A stretch of 64,000 bases of DNA from a virus, in the IMG/VR virus record IMGVR_UViG_3300023117_000010, positions 28,174 through 92,173 of that record. The stretch is one strand, 5' to 3'. Below, piece by piece: positions 58,388-64,000 of the stretch. How positions within the stretch are numbered: the first letter of the stretch is position 1; each line of letters starts with the position of its first letter. The notes beneath the pieces were generated by a model, which saw only the letters and a list, made by a program, of their open reading frames with translations, searched no databases and had not been told where the DNA came from. A program made the position numbers and the translations under genes.

Positions 58388-59482
58388 ATGTATGACTATC
58401 TAGTGGTTGGAGCAGGATTATTTGGAGCAACGTTTGCTCGCATCATGACCGATTCTGGAAAAAGTTGTTTAGTAATTGATAAGCGAGAGCATATTGGCGG
58501 CAACGTATATACAGAAAAGCATGAGGGCATTCATGTTCATAAATATGGTCCTCATATTTTTCATACATCAAATCAAGATATTTGGGATTTTGTAAATAAA
58601 TATGCAGAGTTTAATAATTATACTCATAGGGTTAAGGCATTCTATAAAAGAAAATTTTATACTTTACCTTTCAATTTAAAAACATTTAATGAAATTGCTA
58701 ATGCTTCTAGTATTAAACAATTGCAAGGTTGGATTGAACAATGGAACGAACTACCAAACAAACAATCTAATTTAGAAACTTGGGCAATATCACAAGTAGG
58801 TCCAGAAGTTTATAAAACGCTTATTAAAGGCTATACAGAGAAGCAGTGGGGCAAACCTCCGTCAGAGTTGCCAGCAGATATTATTAAACGTCTTCCTATT
58901 CGTATGACTTTTGATGATAACTATTTTAATGATACTTATCAGGGTATCCCAGTAAACGGATATACAGATATGATATCTAATATTCTTAAAGATATTCCAT
59001 ATCTAACAAATATGCCATATGCTCATCATCTTAAAGAATTGGCTCATAAAGTCGTTTACACAGGACCAATTGATGAGTTTTTTGATTATGAACTGGGTAA
59101 ACTTGAATATCGTTCATTAGATCTTGTAAATGAAGTTTATGAGTCTGAATATTATCAAGGTTGTGCCCAAATAAATTATACAGAAAAGTTTATTCCTCAT
59201 ACGAGAATTGTTGAGCATAAGCATTTCTACCCCGGACTAAAAACAGACAAAACAATCATTACTAGAGAATTTCCTACAAAGTTTGGCGAACCTTATTACC
59301 CAATAAACGATAAGAAAAACAACGATCTATATAATGAATATAGAAAAATGGCTAAGGTAAAAGCACCAAAAGTTATTTTTGGAGGTAGGCTTGGCAACTA
59401 TAAATACTATGATATGCATCAAGTTATTGGACAAGCAATGAAATATGCTAAACTAGAAAAAGAAGAAAAAACGAACAATTAA
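58388..59482 (+). CDS. glf: UDP-galactopyranose mutase
   Basis: VVGAGLFG, HIGGN, HKYGPHIFHT, YTEKQWG, YQGIP, LEYRSL, EPYYP, GRLG.YKYYDM. Confidence 0.95.
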   Translation: MYDYLVVGAGLFGATFARIMTDSGKSCLVIDKREHIGGNVYTEKHEGIHVHKYGPHIFHTSNQDIWDFVNKYAEFNNYTHRVKAFYKRKFYTLPFNLKTFNEIANASSIKQLQGWIEQWNELPNKQSNLETWAISQVGPEVYKTLIKGYTEKQWGKPPSELPADIIKRLPIRMTFDDNYFNDTYQGIPVNGYTDMISNILKDIPYLTNMPYAHHLKELAHKVVYTGPIDEFFDYELGKLEYRSLDLVNEVYESEYYQGCAQINYTEKFIPHTRIVEHKHFYPGLKTDKTIITREFPTKFGEPYYPINDKKNNDLYNEYRKMAKVKAPKVIFGGRLGNYKYYDMHQVIGQAMKYAKLEKEEKTNN

Positions 59483-59495
59483 ATAGTGGTTACTT

Positions 59496-59777
59496 GGGGA
59501 TGAATTAGTTTCGACCTATAGAGAAGCCAAATCAATCAGCGGTTAGTTACCTCATAACTCCTGCTTGGATAAGCAAATAAACATAAATGGCAACTTAAAT
59601 GAAGTCATCGTTCCAGACACTTTCCCCGCCTCATGGGTAGAGGAATTTGCTGGAGTAGCCGCTTAGTCTACAACTACTAAGCACAGTAGTAAACCGAAGT
59701 ACAATGTAGTATAATATGCTGTATAAGTTGATTTGAGGGAACTATATGGGACACCGGGGCAGAGCCGGTCATCTCCA
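59496..59777 (+). ncRNA. ssrA: tmRNA, compact one-piece; tag (A)GNLNEVIVPDTFPASWVEEFAGVAA at 59589-59666
   Basis: 5' GGGGATGAATTAGTTTCGAC pairs with 3' CATCTCCA (G3:U); GGAC before T-arm ACCGG/CCGGT; CAAATCAA/TTGATTTG helix; ATAAAT resume context; tag ends VAA-stop. Confidence 0.9.
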
Positions 59778-59782
59778 TACAA

Positions 59783-59855
59783 CGCGGGGTGGAGAAGTGG
59801 TTATCTCGTCGGCTTCATGCGTCGAAGATCGAAGGTTCGAATCCTTCCCCCGCTA
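59783..59855 (+). tRNA. initiator-type tRNA-Met(CAT) with atypical anticodon arm
   Basis: CGCGGGG/CCCCGCT with C1:U72 mismatch; TCGGC-TTCATGC-GTCGA; no CCA. Confidence 0.88.
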
Positions 59856-59883
59856 TATGTTACATAACAAAAATAAAATTAAG

Positions 59884-59913
59884 AAGGCCCGCATAAAGCG
59901 GGCCTTTATTTTT
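59884..59913 (+). terminator. intrinsic terminator
   Basis: AAGGCCCGC-ATAAA-GCGGGCCTT then TATTTTT. Confidence 0.85.
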
Positions 59914-59970
59914 GGGTTAGTAACACTAATTGCAAACTTACTATATAAGAAAGGAGTAGTATATAAGAAG

Positions 59971-60063
59971 ATGATAGGACAGTTTATTATTATTTATAGC
60001 GCCGCTTTGCTTGACATACTGTATGGTGCTGCTGCTATAATACATAAAGGAAAGGATGAATAA
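59971..60063 (+). CDS. putative 30-aa hydrophobic peptide MIGQFIIIYSAALLDILYGAAAIIHKGKDE
   Basis: TAATG coupling to next gene; preceded by two ATATAAGA copies. Confidence 0.35.
   Translation: MIGQFIIIYSAALLDILYGAAAIIHKGKDE
60011..60041 (+). promoter_or_regulatory. sigmaA-type promoter TTGACA-N19-TATAAT with TG extension
   Basis: perfect hexamers, long spacer, TGC-TATAAT. Confidence 0.55.
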
Positions 60064-60311
60064 TGGAAGTATGGATTAGAGATAATGAAAGTGTGGCTCT
60101 TTTATATAGAGTCCATGAAGAAGAGCGCACAATGTTTAAAGAATTTGCATTTGATTTTTACCAACGCTCACCCCTCGGATGGGTAAAAATTGGCAACACG
60201 CATAATTTTTCATCAAAAAAGACCGCCATTAAAAGTTTGTCTAGAATGGGTTATCAGAAAGATCCTGATCAGAAAGATCTATATCCAGTTGGGGATCTTC
60301 TTTCGCTATAA
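60063..60311 (+). CDS. hypothetical protein, 82 aa
   Basis: AAAGGA SD; converges with next ORF. Confidence 0.55.
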   Translation: MEVWIRDNESVALLYRVHEEERTMFKEFAFDFYQRSPLGWVKIGNTHNFSSKKTAIKSLSRMGYQKDPDQKDLYPVGDLLSL

Positions 60312-60711
60312 GAAGTTCAAGAGTTTGCTCTGATTCTTCCTCTACCTCTCTCATTATGGCTAAAATATTCTCTAAAGAAAAATCTATCTGGTCGTAAGAG
60401 GGGTTTCCAATAGATAGATGCATAATTTTTTTACACCATTCTATTGCCTCTTTAACATTATAACGATCAGATAGTTCCTTCTTAATACAGCGTGGGGGAC
60501 GAACTCCAATAAAAAATGCATGAGTTCCTTCTTTGTCTTTTAGAAAGTCCTCAAGCATATCTGCTCGTATTTCTTCTGTTTGGTTATTAGCAAAAGAAGA
60601 GATGAGTAAGTTGCCCTTACCCTTTGGTTCAATAAGATAAATACCTTTTTTATCTTCTATACTAAGTATTTGTTCTTCTATTTCTTGAAAAGAACCATAT
60701 TTAATAATCAC
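60241..60711 (-). CDS. hypothetical protein, 156 aa (probably leaderless)
   Basis: TGATATAAT (60718-60726) 6 nt before the GTG start. Confidence 0.6.
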   Translation of the reverse strand: MIIKYGSFQEIEEQILSIEDKKGIYLIEPKGKGNLLISSFANNQTEEIRADMLEDFLKDKEGTHAFFIGVRPPRCIKKELSDRYNVKEAIEWCKKIMHLSIGNPSYDQIDFSLENILAIMREVEEESEQTLELLIAKEDPQLDIDLSDQDLSDNPF

Positions 60712-60723
60712 TATTACATTATA

Positions 60724-61320
60724 TCATGTTTTAATAATATAATTCATTACTAGATAGGGTGGCATATTTGTGTGAGAAGATCCCCCACCAGTATTATTAA
60801 TTGTCACATTTGCGTATCCAGTATTTGTTGTTAGCGACCCGTTTGCTCCATAAGTGGCAACATCAAATGCTCCAGTATCACCACCACCTAAACTATCACC
60901 ACCAGCACTTGTTGGGTATGTATGAGTGTGACCAGAATCTGTTGCAACGTGAGAGTGAGAAGGTATTTGTGTTACATCAAGAGTAACATTTTCTGTTCCT
61001 CCAGCATCTCCTTCTGACCTTCCATTTCCCGTACCGATAGGCATACGAGTAGAAAGATCTGGAACATTAAAGGCAGTACCACTACCACCATAATTGTATT
61101 GAACAACTGCGAATAAATCTGGGTAATCTGCTGTACCGATAGATGCTCCATCGCACAATAAGTATCCACTAGGGGCAGAAGTTCCCGCATAAGGTAAAAC
61201 GGCTCCTACTGGGTTAGCGTAACTATTTAAATGGTTTAAATTGTCTCTTACTTCTGTATTCCACATTGTAACGGTTAAAGTTCCGTTACCAACGGCAGTA
61301 GATGGTGTTGTGTAACTCAT
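60724..61320 (-). CDS. tail collar domain protein (paralog of 35953-36831)
   Basis: PVGAVLPYAG..APSGYLLCDG, FNVPDLSTRMPIG, YLVMNYIIKT. Confidence 0.85.
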   Translation of the reverse strand: MSYTTPSTAVGNGTLTVTMWNTEVRDNLNHLNSYANPVGAVLPYAGTSAPSGYLLCDGASIGTADYPDLFAVVQYNYGGSGTAFNVPDLSTRMPIGTGNGRSEGDAGGTENVTLDVTQIPSHSHVATDSGHTHTYPTSAGGDSLGGGDTGAFDVATYGANGSLTTNTGYANVTINNTGGGSSHTNMPPYLVMNYIIKT

Positions 61321-61341
61321 TTTTGTTCCTTAATATTTATC

Positions 61342-63999
61342 CTAATCATTACCAAAAGTAGACTCATCAAATATAGCCTGATCGAATATAATTCCTTGAT
61401 TTGTATCTTCTGTTGCTGAAAAAGAATCGTCAACAGTAATTGATCTGCTAGACAATTCTCTTAATCTCCCCATCTTTGCATAATGAGGAATTATTTCATA
61501 TCCATATATCCAAGCGTTTGTTGTGTATGCTCTTGCTCTAACTTTTAATTTATTATATTCAGAAATTGCTGCAATATAATCCTTATTTATTTCATTTTGA
61601 TCAAGAACTTCTTGATGGATAGAGATATTATCTATGAATATAAACGGGTAGTCTGGATTAAAACTATTAAAAGTATTATGAGGAATAGTTGCTGTTGGTC
61701 CCGGTATTTTTAATTTATAATCAAAAATTAGATCTGATGACAAGTTTTCATTAGCGATCAAATCTCCATCCCAGTATAAAGTTAAAATACTTCCGTGATA
61801 GTCATATGTAAAACATGCTGTATGCCAATTTTGATCGTTCCAAGTAGGAACAGTTGCAGTTACTGTTCCTACATTATTAGAAGTAAAGACTAAATTGTTT
61901 GTATTTTGAATTGAGAAAGACCAACTATTTGTATCAGAAGCAAGAGCATCTTGACAAGAAAGAATTGTAATATCATTATTAATTGTGTCTGTATAAAATC
62001 TTATTGAACCAGTTATATTTGTTGCAGAACCCACTCCAATTCCAAATATTTCTCCTAAAGTTACAGTTCCTCTTGTTTCTAAATAACTTTCAGTACCTCC
62101 ATAAATTGCAATTGCTTTGTTATTTTTAAACTTTTTAACACTTTCAGGAATATAATAATCATTTGCTCCAACAGAACCTACTCCAGAAATTGCAATTGAC
62201 TCTCCTGTTGGAGATAACCAGCCGGGAGTATTCACAAGATAGTCATTTAGGCTACCAATACTTGTTGTTATAAATTCTCCAACCGTATAACTAACGTCGT
62301 CTTTTGGCAGCACATATCCAGCATCCCCTGTATTAAATTCCCAAAGTATATAAGGATTTTTATTAATGATTGATGTATAGTAATTTTGAGATGCAAAATT
62401 GATAGATTTGTATTCTCCATTGATTGCATCTAAAAATGGAACATAAGTTCTTCCGTCGTTATTTGATGCTTCCCATTCTACTGCCTCTAGCGTTAGTTGA
62501 ACATCTTCAATCCAAAAATATCCATAGGGATCTGTAATGGGTGGGATAGGTTCTATTTCTCCATAATGACCAATTTCTAAAACAAATTGATTATTATAAA
62601 GCACATTAGTTGATAATGGAATATCAACTTCATTCCATTCGTTTGGTACAAGATCGGGCAAATCTTGAAGATAAAGAACTCTTGTTTTATTTTCGTTCCA
62701 AAATACAATTCTAAAATCTCCAACATTTAATAAATCATTAAATCTTATTTTTGTTTTAAATATAAGTTTTGAAAAATCATTAATTTTTAATTTTGACTTA
62801 TATTGAACAGCAGCAATTTTTGCATCTTCTTTTTTAATAATTTTAAGAGATTTTGATCTATAAAATATATTTGTATCTTCTTCTACAACAACATCATCAA
62901 TATCTGCATTTTGTGGATTTGCAATAAAGCCGCATTCTGTTTTTCCTGAAAAATTAAAATTGTTAGTATTTTGTACTCTTTCAAAATCTTCAATATTTCC
63001 AGATAGTAATTCAATATCTGGAACAGAACTTGAAAATAAACTGACTGCTTTTACAGGACTATAAGAATTAAAAGTTTTAGATTCATATTCTGCAAGAACT
63101 GCTTCTTTTGAATAAATGTAATCTACATTAAATCCACCTACTTCAGAAGGTTTAAATTGATATCCTGCATACCCTTTACCATAATCATCTAAATCTATAT
63201 CTAAGACTTTGCCTCTAAGCCAAGGATTAGAAATATTTTGTTTTCCTGTTTCAATAATTCTTTCTTTTACAAAACCAGAGCCATCTTCACTTGAAAATAA
63301 TATTGATTCCCATTTATTTCCAACAAAGTTTGTTACAAAAAAATAATCTCCTTGCGTTATGGGTTCGTCGTGGATAATATTAAAAACTTCATTATCTAAA
63401 TTACCTAAATGGTCTTCATACATTTTAATTTCTATATTATTTGATGTAATTAACAATTTAGAACGTAAATATGAATTAGCGTCTGCTGCAATCGTAGGAT
63501 AAAAAGCAGTCCCGGGATATAAACCGCTGGTACTTGGATAAGTAACACTACCACCACTAATAGCCGCTGTTCCAAAAATAAAATCAGGATTTACTCTCCC
63601 AAACATGGAAAATTCTGTTGTTCCAGAACTCGGCGCAGTCTGCAAACTAATTTTTGCAACATATGTAAAATCTTTAACTTTTAAACCATTTTGTATTAAA
63701 ACAGGCATATCATTTTGAGATACAGTGGGCCAAGTTTCTCTACTCAAAACTCCAGTTTTATTATTTACATTAGCATAAGAGTGTGAATATGTGGTTGGAA
63801 CCATTTTTAGTTGACCAGTTCTAAATACAAAAGACCCACCATTGCTAACTATATTAAATTTAATTCTTTTTAAAGATGAAAGATCAACGACTCCAGAATC
63901 AGGAATTGATTGATTTGTCAAAACATTTCTATTAATTTTCCATAAATGGTCTGCGGTCCCAGCGTCAATTATTGGTATCTCTAATTCGCTTGAATCAAA
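61342..63999 (-). CDS. large tail/virion protein with lectin/LamG-like domains, 5'-truncated by the window edge
   Basis: frame open to the window end; WH...FTYD...LTLY.DG, IDNISI...L...EI LamG-like pattern. Confidence 0.75.
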   Translation of the reverse strand, partial: FDSSELEIPIIDAGTADHLWKINRNVLTNQSIPDSGVVDLSSLKRIKFNIVSNGGSFVFRTGQLKMVPTTYSHSYANVNNKTGVLSRETWPTVSQNDMPVLIQNGLKVKDFTYVAKISLQTAPSSGTTEFSMFGRVNPDFIFGTAAISGGSVTYPSTSGLYPGTAFYPTIAADANSYLRSKLLITSNNIEIKMYEDHLGNLDNEVFNIIHDEPITQGDYFFVTNFVGNKWESILFSSEDGSGFVKERIIETGKQNISNPWLRGKVLDIDLDDYGKGYAGYQFKPSEVGGFNVDYIYSKEAVLAEYESKTFNSYSPVKAVSLFSSSVPDIELLSGNIEDFERVQNTNNFNFSGKTECGFIANPQNADIDDVVVEEDTNIFYRSKSLKIIKKEDAKIAAVQYKSKLKINDFSKLIFKTKIRFNDLLNVGDFRIVFWNENKTRVLYLQDLPDLVPNEWNEVDIPLSTNVLYNNQFVLEIGHYGEIEPIPPITDPYGYFWIEDVQLTLEAVEWEASNNDGRTYVPFLDAINGEYKSINFASQNYYTSIINKNPYILWEFNTGDAGYVLPKDDVSYTVGEFITTSIGSLNDYLVNTPGWLSPTGESIAISGVGSVGANDYYIPESVKKFKNNKAIAIYGGTESYLETRGTVTLGEIFGIGVGSATNITGSIRFYTDTINNDITILSCQDALASDTNSWSFSIQNTNNLVFTSNNVGTVTATVPTWNDQNWHTACFTYDYHGSILTLYWDGDLIANENLSSDLIFDYKLKIPGPTATIPHNTFNSFNPDYPFIFIDNISIHQEVLDQNEINKDYIAAISEYNKLKVRARAYTTNAWIYGYEIIPHYAKMGRLRELSSRSITVDDSFSATEDTNQGIIFDQAIFDESTFGND

Positions 64000-64000
64000 T

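Noticed and set aside
59746-59970. 105-aa ORF 59746-60063 from the track (also 55135-55347 and the 5' part of 56274-56474)
   Set aside because: They overlap tmRNA/tRNA genes and a terminator; only the downstream portions are plausible.

Overview
This window is part of the genome of a large, AT-rich (roughly one third GC by eye) tailed dsDNA phage using standard code 11. Its gene set resembles large actinobacterial phages of the Bxz1/cluster-C type; the host assignment is inference. Layout: (1) small + strand early-type ORFs (1-2628). (2) A long - strand block with ThyX, dNMP kinase, a metallophosphoesterase, portal, large acidic putative internal head proteins, terminase, a recombination/replication module (RuvC, two PD-(D/E)XK nucleases, RecA, DnaE, RNase H, SSB, primase, DnaB, helicase loader), tail/structural genes including a 2-kb high-GC cassette, lysis genes, a CCA-adding enzyme-HD-SWIM fusion and a nucleotidyltransferase-PcfJ-like giant protein. 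(3) A + strand block with dUTPase, class II RNR, 11 tRNAs (none encoding CCA), a compact tmRNA, a SPOUT methyltransferase, a deaminase and UDP-galactopyranose mutase. (4) More - strand tail genes running off the right end. The most notable signals are a shared [KR]-x-[AS] / W-x-[KR]-[VI] linker motif suggesting tRNA-repair enzymes are packaged in the head and processed, a pervasive G-[ST]-[AV] tripeptide in virion proteins (candidate glycosylation sequon, alongside phage Glf), and atypical tRNAs/tmRNA. No major capsid protein, prohead protease, integrase, CRISPR array or reverse transcriptase is visible in the window.
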